DNA from: Patescibacteria group bacterium
GTDB lineage: Bacteria > Patescibacteriota > Patescibacteriia > 2-12-FULL-60-25
NCBI GenBank assembly: GCA_035715245.1
Contig: DASTLG010000023.1
Span: forward strand, 1 to 26,582
Length of the DNA: 26,582 nucleotides
Reading direction: 5' to 3'
Shown: piece by piece, positions 15,854 to 23,642 of the stretch
How positions within the stretch are numbered: the first letter of the stretch is position 1
Layout: the number at the start of each line of letters is the position of its first letter
Position numbers and translations under genes: made by a program
Notes under the pieces: model-generated
What the model was told of the DNA's origin: nothing
Seen by the model: only the letters and a program-made list of their open reading frames with translations
Databases searched by the model: none

Positions 15854-16369
15854 TCAGACCGCCGCAGGAAATTCCGTGATCTCCTGGGAGTCAAAAAAGT
15901 ACCAGCCTGATTCCCATTTCGGCATAAGCTCTTCGAGGGTCAACACGGAAGAATTCGATTCCGCGTGCCAAACCGGAACCAGCAACGCTCCACGTTCTGA
16001 AAGGCGCCGGCACGCAATATCCGGAGGAATCGTCGTGAATCGGCCGCGCAGAACGTCCTTCTGGCTCCTACACCATGCAAGGAACGAACCAACATGGCCT
16101 TGATGGGAAATGCGCCGGCTTTCAGCTCGAACCTGATCGGTCGAAAGTTCTCGATCCGTGTGCCAAATCCGGACGCGAAACCGTTTGCCTGATCCGCCAA
16201 CCAGGTTGCCGTACGGACCCAGATAAAAATTCCAATCCGCGAACCCGTGTCCAAGCCTCAGATCGGGTTCACGGCATAGATCTTTCAAAAAATCTTGCGC
16301 GGTCATCGACGGAGTCTGAACCGTGGTTACAGACGAAACCATCTGAGAAGCGAGCGGCGCTCCTTGCAT
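15854..16369 (-). CDS. Hypothetical soluble protein, aromatic-rich C-terminus
   Basis: SD AGGAGG 6 nt before the ATG, its own terminator and a candidate promoter; 171 aa. Confidence 0.75.
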   Translation of the reverse strand: MQGAPLASQMVSSVTTVQTPSMTAQDFLKDLCREPDLRLGHGFADWNFYLGPYGNLVGGSGKRFRVRIWHTDRELSTDQVRAESRRISHQGHVGSFLAWCRSQKDVLRGRFTTIPPDIACRRLSERGALLVPVWHAESNSSVLTLEELMPKWESGWYFFDSQEITEFPAAV

Positions 16370-16399
16370 GTCTCTCCTCCTGAATGAAAGGAACAGAAT

Positions 16400-16428
16400 A
16401 TCCTGGCATGGATCGAACCAGACGTCAA
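16400..16428 (-). promoter_or_regulatory. Putative promoter of the 171-aa gene, overlapping the SpoU stop codon
   Basis: TTGACG-N17-CAGGAT with TG-c before the -10. Confidence 0.4.
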
Positions 16429-16877
16429 TGAGACAAAATCGCCCAAGCCGCGATCCCTGCCGCGACCGATACGTTCATGGATTCTTTAATTCCTTTTTGT
16501 GTAATTTTGATCGCTCCGTCGCAATGGGAAAGAAGCGACGGCGGAATCCCGGTCGTTTCTGTTCCCAAAAGGAGAGCCATTCGACTCGGCGGGTTAAATT
16601 GCGAAAGTTCGATCGCGTCTGCCGAGAGCTCCAGCGCAAAAACCGGAATCTGTTCTTTTTTTAATGCGGTGATCACGATCATGACATCCGAATATTTTTC
16701 AAAGACGACAGCTGTTTCCGCCCCAAGCGCGACTTTTGAAATTTTTGGATCAGGCGGCGCCGGCGTATAGCCGGTCAGCCAGAGCTTTCTCACACCGAGC
16801 GAATCACACGTTCGAAAAAGCGATCCGACGTTTTCCCGCGAACGGATATCATTCGCAATCAGTTGAAGATCTGTCAT
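16425..16877 (-). CDS. SpoU/TrmH family RNA 2'-O-methyltransferase (catalytic domain only)
   Basis: DIRSRENVGSLFRTCDSLG, LLLGTETTGI, ESMNVSVAAGI; 150 aa. Confidence 0.92.
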   Translation of the reverse strand: MTDLQLIANDIRSRENVGSLFRTCDSLGVRKLWLTGYTPAPPDPKISKVALGAETAVVFEKYSDVMIVITALKKEQIPVFALELSADAIELSQFNPPSRMALLLGTETTGIPPSLLSHCDGAIKITQKGIKESMNVSVAAGIAAWAILSH

Positions 16878-16922
16878 AGCGATATATCAAATCATAAAAA
16901 GTGATGGACGAAAAGCCACGCC

Positions 16923-16951
16923 TAGACGAGTCCCCAGATTCACGCTACCGT
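16923..16951 (+). promoter_or_regulatory. Putative promoter 7 nt before the rlmD ATG (leaderless candidate)
   Basis: TAGACG-N17-TACCGT-tgccgac-ATG. Confidence 0.45.
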
Positions 16952-16958
16952 TGCCGAC

Positions 16959-18311
16959 ATGAAATTCGGAGAACGCCTTACCGGAAAAATCGAACGATTT
17001 GATCAAAAAGGCTGCGGCGCTTTTACGTTTTCGATGCCTAACCCTCAGGACGGAACTCGCGAAGTCGTTGTTCCGTTTACCGCGCCCGGTGATGAAATAG
17101 AAGCAACATTTGTCCGGCGAGAGCAAAAAAAATGGATGGCAAAACTCGATCGCATAACAACGCCGTCCTCTTTACGCGTAATTCCGCCGTGTCCGTTTGC
17201 CGGCATCTGCGGCGGTTGTTTATGGCAGCACGTGAAAAAGGAAGCTCAGCGCGAATCCAAGAGCAAAATGATTAATGAAGCGTTTGCGGAAGCAGGACAC
17301 AACGAACGGATAAAAAACACTCTCCCCTGCCCCGATCCATTTTATTATCGAAATCGCATGGATTATGTTTGGGGTTGGAACGGAGAACTCGGATTAAAAG
17401 CCTACGGCGCATGGAACCGCTATCTTGATCTGACCAATTGTCTCTTACTTGATCAAGAAACCCCGGCGATTCTTGCCCTCGCGCGAACCTTATCGGCAGA
17501 TCTACGGCTGGTGCCATGGGATGCCAAAAAACAATCAGGTGATCTCCGTTATTTCGTGATCCGTTTAGGAAAAAATACGAGTGAGCGCATGATTACCCTG
17601 GTCGTGCATGATGCGAATCGATTTTCTGAATCCATGCGGCAGGAATTAGTGAAGCGATTCGCGCCGCACTGCACAACGTTATATCTCGGCGAAAATCCCT
17701 CGATTACTGATCTTTCTCTTTCAAAAAATTTATTCCGCCTGCACGGAAATGAATTTCTCACAGAAGAAGTAAACGGATTGCGTTATCTCATTCACCCGAA
17801 TTCTTTTTTTCAAACAAATACAAAAATGGCGGCTCAGCTCCAAACAACCGTCCTCTCCTTTCTCGGCGATCTTCATCAAACGCGCCTTCTTGATTTATAT
17901 TGCGGTCTTGGTTTTTTTGGAATTGCGGCCGCACACGAAGGCGCAACCATCTTTGGATACGAACTCGATGCCGAGGCGATTTCTCTTGCCAAGAAAAATG
18001 CGGCTTTAAACGGCGTGGATCGCCAAACAGAATTCGCGAGCGGTCCGGCAGAGTCATTAGTCTGGTCTGAGTGGAATCCTGACACCGTGATCCTCGATCC
18101 GCCGCGCGCCGGTTTGCATCCGCGCGTGATCAAACGTCTGCTCGAACAAAAACCGCGGACAATGGTGTATGTTTCGTGCAACTATCATTCCTTTGTCAAA
18201 GAACTCGCTTTATTCAAAACCGCGTATCAGTTAGAGCAGATGATCGCGCTGGATCTTTTTCCGCAAACGCCGCATGTCGAGCTCGTATCAAAACTCGTTC
18301 TTCGCGCATAG
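16959..18311 (+). CDS. rlmD: 23S rRNA (uracil-C5)-methyltransferase, RlmD/RlmCD family
   Basis: N-terminal TRAM domain, Fe-S motif CPFAGICGGC, PNSFFQTN, LDLYCGLG, DPPRAG, YVSCN, DLFPQTPHVE. Confidence 0.9.
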   Translation: MKFGERLTGKIERFDQKGCGAFTFSMPNPQDGTREVVVPFTAPGDEIEATFVRREQKKWMAKLDRITTPSSLRVIPPCPFAGICGGCLWQHVKKEAQRESKSKMINEAFAEAGHNERIKNTLPCPDPFYYRNRMDYVWGWNGELGLKAYGAWNRYLDLTNCLLLDQETPAILALARTLSADLRLVPWDAKKQSGDLRYFVIRLGKNTSERMITLVVHDANRFSESMRQELVKRFAPHCTTLYLGENPSITDLSLSKNLFRLHGNEFLTEEVNGLRYLIHPNSFFQTNTKMAAQLQTTVLSFLGDLHQTRLLDLYCGLGFFGIAAAHEGATIFGYELDAEAISLAKKNAALNGVDRQTEFASGPAESLVWSEWNPDTVILDPPRAGLHPRVIKRLLEQKPRTMVYVSCNYHSFVKELALFKTAYQLEQMIALDLFPQTPHVELVSKLVLRA

Positions 18312-18332
18312 CAGAACCATTTCCGGTTTTTG

Positions 18333-18341
18333 TGCTATTCT
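18333..18341 (+). promoter_or_regulatory. Extended -10 promoter 6 nt before the era ATG (leaderless candidate)
   Basis: TG-c-TATTCT-ttccgc-ATG. Confidence 0.45.
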
Positions 18342-18347
18342 TTCCGC

Positions 18348-19214
18348 ATGAGTCCTGAAAAAAAATCCGGGTTTGCCGTTCTCGCCGGCCGCTCAAATGT
18401 CGGCAAATCTAGTTTGCTGAACGCCCTGGTGGGTTCAAAAGTTGCCATCGTAACTCCAAAACCACAAACCACACGTCATCCGGTCCGCGGCATTCTGCAT
18501 GATCCGCGCGGTCAAATTGTGTTTGTCGATACCCCCGGCGTGTTTCTTGGAAAGAAAGACGCGGTCTCTAATCGGCTGAACGAAATTGTTCGCGAACAAT
18601 TGGAGGGAATCGACGTAATCATCTATGTGGTAGATCCAACACGCGCGCCAGGGCCAGAGGAAGAAAACATCCAAAAATTGCTTCGCGCGCAGGATGTACC
18701 GGTTATCGTTGCGATTAACAAATCAGATCTCAACGAGCAAGAAAAACCATTCCTCAATGCCGCACAGGCGATTGATGTCGGTCAGCGCGCCACGATAGAA
18801 ATTTCCGCAACAAAACATTACGATCTGAATCGTCTGCTCGACATGCTTTTTGCTCTTTTACCAGAAGGCATTCCCTATTATCCCGACCAGCAATTTACCG
18901 ACATGGGACATCGGGAATGGATTGCGGAACTTATCCGTGAAAAATTATTCCTGCATCTCGAGCAAGAACTCCCCTACAGCATCCACGTAGAAGTCACGAG
19001 CGTGGAAAAGCGGAAAAACGGAATGGAATACATTGCAGCCACAATCTGGACAACCGATGAACGTTATAAAGCCATGATCGTCGGCGCCGGCGGACAAAAA
19101 ATAAAAACGATCGGCGCCGCCGCCAGAAAAGAATTAGAGCTCGCCATGAATCAAAAAGTCTTCCTCGATCTCGTGGTCGACATTGATCCAAAATGGCAGG
19201 AGCGCTTTGTTTAA
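18348..19214 (+). CDS. era: GTPase Era
   Basis: KSGFAVLAGRSNVGKSSL, KPQTTR, VDTPG, NKSD, IREK..LEQELPYS, KH-domain motif IVGAGGQKIKTIG. Confidence 0.96.
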   Translation: MSPEKKSGFAVLAGRSNVGKSSLLNALVGSKVAIVTPKPQTTRHPVRGILHDPRGQIVFVDTPGVFLGKKDAVSNRLNEIVREQLEGIDVIIYVVDPTRAPGPEEENIQKLLRAQDVPVIVAINKSDLNEQEKPFLNAAQAIDVGQRATIEISATKHYDLNRLLDMLFALLPEGIPYYPDQQFTDMGHREWIAELIREKLFLHLEQELPYSIHVEVTSVEKRKNGMEYIAATIWTTDERYKAMIVGAGGQKIKTIGAAARKELELAMNQKVFLDLVVDIDPKWQERFV

Positions 19215-19218
19215 ATGT

Positions 19219-20061
19219 ATGAAAGATCAGAAAATTCTTTCGTTTCCGTTTCTGCAGGAACCGCGGAAACAGCGGACGGCTTTTTCTCGACGGGAATCAG
19301 AAGCGACAAAAGTTATTCGCGAGCCGCGTCAGGCAAGATTTATTCCGAATGAAAAACCGGCGGATTTTTTTCTCCATCATCGCGATCAGCTCACCGCCTA
19401 TCTGGCGCAGGCAGAACCAAAACGGATCCCGAACGGATCCTGGCTCGCGCGCGAACCACTGACGGAAGATGAAAAATTCATTCTGTTACATCCGGGAAAT
19501 CCATCCATGTGGAAAATCGAAGCGCGACTTTTGGCCGAACTCAACCAAGCAAAAACCGATGAAGACACAAAAAAAGCTGATGACATCCGCCGCCTCATTT
19601 ATTGCGCCCATCATCGTCTACAAATAAAACACCCGCATCTGACCAAATCTTTTTTTGAACGATTACGGAAAAACGTCGTTACCGCGGAACAAAAAAGAAT
19701 CAATAGCCTTCCCTACGAGGAGCAGGAAACAAAACACGAATGGCAGGAAGCGCTCAGGGAAACAGAACAGGGGTTACAAACAATCGAACAAGTATTTAAG
19801 CGTCATCAATTTCATGAAACCGTACGCGAGGCACTGGAGATTGTCGAAGCATATGTTGAAGAATCATGGAAAAATTTGGAGCGGCTTATTCCAAATTTTG
19901 ATGAGCTTAAAAAGCAGTACGAAATCTTTCTCGAAGAGCAGGAGCAAACACATCAAAAACCGCGCGCGTCCGAACACGATCAACTACAAAAAACTCTGCG
20001 GTCGATTTTTGATTGGTGTTCCATCCGAGATCAATTTATCTATCAGCTGCTGGTCGACTAA
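19219..20061 (+). CDS. Hypothetical all-helical protein, paralogue A of a tandem pair
   Basis: Start placed at ATG 19219, 4 nt after the era stop; shares motifs with the next gene. Confidence 0.75.
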   Translation: MKDQKILSFPFLQEPRKQRTAFSRRESEATKVIREPRQARFIPNEKPADFFLHHRDQLTAYLAQAEPKRIPNGSWLAREPLTEDEKFILLHPGNPSMWKIEARLLAELNQAKTDEDTKKADDIRRLIYCAHHRLQIKHPHLTKSFFERLRKNVVTAEQKRINSLPYEEQETKHEWQEALRETEQGLQTIEQVFKRHQFHETVREALEIVEAYVEESWKNLERLIPNFDELKKQYEIFLEEQEQTHQKPRASEHDQLQKTLRSIFDWCSIRDQFIYQLLVD

Positions 20062-20065
20062 TAAT

Positions 20066-20734
20066 ATGGCGTCGCCCCTTTTGTTTCCGCATGTGGCCAC
20101 GCTTGAACAGGTTTATGCGTACCTCAAAGGAACCTATCATCTGCCAAAAGAAGGCGAACCGATTTTTTTTGAAGCGGCAGAAACTTCTTGGTTTCATGCT
20201 GGGCTTTGGAAAATCGAACAGATCCTCTTAAACGATCTTGAACGCGCAAAGGACGCACAGGATGAACAGCAAAATTTTCTTCGCGGCCTCATTCGCGCGG
20301 TAAGCTGGCGAACCTACGATCATATGACCACGACGGCGTTAAAGCGGTCGGCGCATGTCTTTTTGAATCAATCAAAAATACAAACCAATTCACAAGAGAC
20401 ACGGATTTTCGCGGAGATAATCAACGTGCTGGAAAAAAATTTAACTGGATCCTCTGCCATTCCTGCGCTAAATGCGATTGAAGGATTCGTCGATCGCATG
20501 TGGAAACGTCTGGAATTCTACCTGGAAGAATCAAAGACTTCGTGGGAAGACCTGGCGCAAACGCTTTTGACAGAGCCCGAAAAACCTCTGAACACAAAAA
20601 AGGCGAAAGCGAAGGAAATAAATGAGGTCATCACCACACTTAAGCAACTGAGACCAATCCGCGATCAGATTTATTTTCAGGTTCTTTATCCGGAATGGCT
20701 CACGTCATCACAAATTAAGGCTAATTCTAAATAA
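20066..20734 (+). CDS. Hypothetical all-helical protein, paralogue B of a tandem pair
   Basis: Start placed at ATG 20066 (MASPLLFPH), 4 nt after the paralogue A stop; the ORF-track extension to 19655 overlaps A and is rejected. Confidence 0.75.
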   Translation: MASPLLFPHVATLEQVYAYLKGTYHLPKEGEPIFFEAAETSWFHAGLWKIEQILLNDLERAKDAQDEQQNFLRGLIRAVSWRTYDHMTTTALKRSAHVFLNQSKIQTNSQETRIFAEIINVLEKNLTGSSAIPALNAIEGFVDRMWKRLEFYLEESKTSWEDLAQTLLTEPEKPLNTKKAKAKEINEVITTLKQLRPIRDQIYFQVLYPEWLTSSQIKANSK

Positions 20735-20765
20735 AATAACTGACTCAACCGAGCGGGAAATAGCC

Positions 20766-20794
20766 TTGACAAACGGCGAAAAAACTGCCAAGGT
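20766..20794 (+). promoter_or_regulatory. Putative promoter of the ABC operon
   Basis: Perfect TTGACA-N17-CAAGGT with TG-c before the -10. Confidence 0.45.
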
Positions 20795-20872
20795 AGCGCC
20801 TTGCTCTTTTTAGTTTTAAAAAGTCCAAAAAGCGTTACAGGTGCGTTCATGGTTCCGTACAAGGAGGACCCG

Positions 20873-22723
20873 ATGCCCACGTCCCGCCTCACGCCTCTCG
20901 CAAAGGGATTCATTACCGTTGTCATTCTTGCCGTGGTCGGCATCTTTGCCTGGCACTTCGGCTGGTTCGCGAAGTTCTTCCCGGATCGCGCCGAGCAATC
21001 GGCGATCATTCCGCAGAAGATCGATCTGCCGCAGGTCAAGGACGCCGTCGCCAAGAACGCAATCCCGGCGGTTTCCATGCCCGGCCAGAAGCCCGGATGC
21101 GCGGATCGGCCCGAGATCCGTCAGCTGGTGTGGGCCTGGAATTCGCAAATGGGCAAGATGTTCGCCACCGGCGGCTCGCAGGCCACCGAGGGCAGTCTCA
21201 TGTGCACGCACGGCGTGAACCTTAAACTCATCCGGCAGGACGATTCCAGCCAGATGCAGGCCATGCTCGTGAAGTTCGCGACCATGCTGAAGAAGGGCGA
21301 TCCAAATCCCAGCGAAGGCGCGCACTTCGTCTCCATCATGGGTGACGGGGCTGCACAATTTCTCCAGGGACTGAATCCCACGCTCGCAAAGCTCGGACCC
21401 GAATACACGGCCGAGATCATCGGCTCGTCCGGGTACTCCCGCGGCGAAGACAAGTTCATGGGACCGGTTGCCTGGCTGCCGCCGAATTCTGCCGCCGCGC
21501 GCGGCGGTCTCGTGGCCGGCGTCCTGCGCGACGGCGATTGGAACATCGCCATCAAGTGGATCGCGGACAACGGTCTTTGCAACAATCCGGACGAAAAGGT
21601 CTTCGATCCGAATTGCGTGAATTGGCTCGCCGCGAACGATTACGTGGACGCCGCACAGAAGTACGTGGCACACGCGTGCGAAGAACGGCCGGTCGTGGTA
21701 ATCGACCCGGGGACAAAGAAGTACAAGAAGACCGGCGAGACACGTCAGGTTTGTGTGGATGGCGTGGTCACGTGGACGCCTGGCGACGTGATCGTCGCAA
21801 AGAAGCGCGGCGGCCTCGTCTCGATCGTCTCCACCAAGCTGAACAACGGTCAGATGCCGGAAGTCATGATCGGTATCCGCAAGTGGAATCGCGAGCACAG
21901 CGACGTCGTGAAGAACATGCTCGCCGCGATCCTCGAGGGCGGAGACCAAGTTCTGCATTACGAGAACGCGCTTCGGCGCGCCGCATTCGTGAGCAACATG
22001 GTCTACGCCGAAAAGGACACGGATCCCGACTACTGGCTCCGCTACTACAAGGGAACCACCGAGATCGATGCCACGGGCCTGCAAGTCGAGCTGGGCGGCA
22101 GCAAGGCCAATAACCTGGCAGACGATCTGTTCCTCTTTGGCCTCTCCCCTGGCTCTGGTGGCGAGGCCGCTAGCACGTTCGTGGCGACGTATACCCAGTT
22201 CGGGAATTACGCCCATGAGAATTACCCGCAGTTGATTCCCACATTCCCGCCGGCAAAGAACGTTCTCAACCTGTCGTACCTGCGGCAGGTCGCGGCCGAA
22301 CAACCGACGGCAAGCACCGCTGAGGTCCCGACCTTCGCCGCGGCAGACAGCGGTCCGCTCGTCGAAGTCGGCCGCCGTGCCTGGAACATCAACTTCGACA
22401 CCGGAAAGGCGACGTTCTCGAAGAGCGCCGAGCGACAGCTCGAAGAGCTCTACCAGGGCCTCGTCGTTTCCGGCAACACGGTCATCGTGATCCACGGGCA
22501 CACCGACAACGTCGGGACGCCGAAGAAGAACCGCGATCTTTCCGAGGCGCGCGCCTTCGCGGTAAAGCATTACCTCGAGACCCGTGCGCCCAAGATCTTC
22601 CCGACCGGCCGCATCAGGCCTCCGATCGCGCACGGCGACAGCGAGCCGCTCGAGCCGAACACCACGGCCGATGGCCGCGCCAAGAACCGGCGCGTCGAGA
22701 TCGTGATCGGCGAAAACAAGTAG
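20873..22723 (+). CDS. Membrane-anchored ABC substrate-binding protein (SsuA/NMT1-like fold inferred) fused to a C-terminal OmpA-like peptidoglycan-binding domain
   Basis: SD AAGGAGG before ATG 20873; N-terminal TM helix; binding-protein-like motifs SRGEDKF, TWTPGD, MPEVMIG; OmpA-C motifs INFDTG, IHGHTDNVG, LSEARAFAV, AHGDSEP, GRAKNRRVEI; followed by a permease and an ATPase. Confidence 0.88.
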   Translation: MPTSRLTPLAKGFITVVILAVVGIFAWHFGWFAKFFPDRAEQSAIIPQKIDLPQVKDAVAKNAIPAVSMPGQKPGCADRPEIRQLVWAWNSQMGKMFATGGSQATEGSLMCTHGVNLKLIRQDDSSQMQAMLVKFATMLKKGDPNPSEGAHFVSIMGDGAAQFLQGLNPTLAKLGPEYTAEIIGSSGYSRGEDKFMGPVAWLPPNSAAARGGLVAGVLRDGDWNIAIKWIADNGLCNNPDEKVFDPNCVNWLAANDYVDAAQKYVAHACEERPVVVIDPGTKKYKKTGETRQVCVDGVVTWTPGDVIVAKKRGGLVSIVSTKLNNGQMPEVMIGIRKWNREHSDVVKNMLAAILEGGDQVLHYENALRRAAFVSNMVYAEKDTDPDYWLRYYKGTTEIDATGLQVELGGSKANNLADDLFLFGLSPGSGGEAASTFVATYTQFGNYAHENYPQLIPTFPPAKNVLNLSYLRQVAAEQPTASTAEVPTFAAADSGPLVEVGRRAWNINFDTGKATFSKSAERQLEELYQGLVVSGNTVIVIHGHTDNVGTPKKNRDLSEARAFAVKHYLETRAPKIFPTGRIRPPIAHGDSEPLEPNTTADGRAKNRRVEIVIGENK

Positions 22724-22740
22724 GTAGTTCTTTTCCTTTC

Positions 22741-22773
22741 GCCCGACTCTTAGGCAATGCCTAGGAGTCGGGC
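22741..22773 (+). other. Strong intercistronic RNA hairpin (15 bp) after the substrate-binding protein gene
   Basis: gcccgactcttaggc-aat-gcctaggagtcgggc, with one G-U pair. Confidence 0.75.
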
Positions 22774-22850
22774 ACATTTCTTTCCATCTTTTTTAAAAAG
22801 GCTGAGAGAAATGCGTTCTGCAGTGGACCTTAAAAAACGAGGTGGATCAA

Positions 22851-23642
22851 ATGAAATTCCTCGACGCCTTCAAACCGTTCGCGATGATTTCACGAAACAC
22901 GTTGCGAATTGTCGCGTTTGGCTGCGCGGCTCTCGCCATCCTGGTTTGGTATACTGGCGCGCCGAGCGTGATTCCCCGGCCGTTCGAAGTGATCCAGGCA
23001 TTCAAACGGCTCTGGTTCGAGGAAGGACTGAGCCGAGATCTGGGATCGAGCCTGTATCTGAACGTGGAAGCCTTGTTCTGGACCGCGCTCATCTCGCTCA
23101 CCCTTTCCTATCTCGTCATCGTGCCGTTCTTCCGGCCCTTGGTCGTCTTCTTTTCAAAGCTCCGATTCCTCGGACCAACCGGCGTCGTGTTCATCTTCAC
23201 CCTCATCGTCGGCGGCGGCCATCCGCTCAAGGTTTGGATGCTTGTCTTTGGGATGAGTGTATTCTTCGTTACTTCCATGGCAACCGTCGTTCTCTCCGTT
23301 TCGGAAGACGAACTCAATCACGCTCGGACGCTCAGAATGAGCGAATGGCGCGTGGCGTGGGAAGTGATCATTCTCGGAACCCGAGCGCGTGCCTTCGAAG
23401 TCTTTCAGGATGTGGCGGCCATGGGATGGATGATGCTCACCATGGTCGAAGGCCTTTCGCGAAGTGAGGGCGGCCTCGGCGCCGTTCTCTTGAATCAAAA
23501 TAAGCGCCTGCGTCTGGACAGCGTGTTCGCCGTGATGACTCTTGTTGTCATCATTGGTCTGCTTCAAGACGTTTTGATCGGCAAGGCCAGGCGCTGGGCC
23601 TGTCCCTATGCTGATCTCCGGCTCGCAAGGAGGGCGTCATGA
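22851..23642 (+). CDS. ABC transporter permease, NitT/TauT/SsuC-like
   Basis: SD GAGGTG 6 nt before ATG 22851; about 6 TM helices; EAA-like loop EDELNHARTLRMSEWRVAWEVII; WMMLTMVEGLSRSEGGLG. Confidence 0.88.
   Translation: MKFLDAFKPFAMISRNTLRIVAFGCAALAILVWYTGAPSVIPRPFEVIQAFKRLWFEEGLSRDLGSSLYLNVEALFWTALISLTLSYLVIVPFFRPLVVFFSKLRFLGPTGVVFIFTLIVGGGHPLKVWMLVFGMSVFFVTSMATVVLSVSEDELNHARTLRMSEWRVAWEVIILGTRARAFEVFQDVAAMGWMMLTMVEGLSRSEGGLGAVLLNQNKRLRLDSVFAVMTLVVIIGLLQDVLIGKARRWACPYADLRLARRAS

Noticed and set aside
19655-20065. N-terminal extension of the 359-aa ORF in the track
   Set aside because: Overlaps paralogue A by about 400 nt; similarity to A begins only after ATG 20066.
20816-22777. 653-aa ORF antisense to the SBP-OmpA gene
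   Set aside because: Shadow frame caused by strong codon bias. It has no recognisable motifs, while the plus strand has an SD, domain motifs and operon context.
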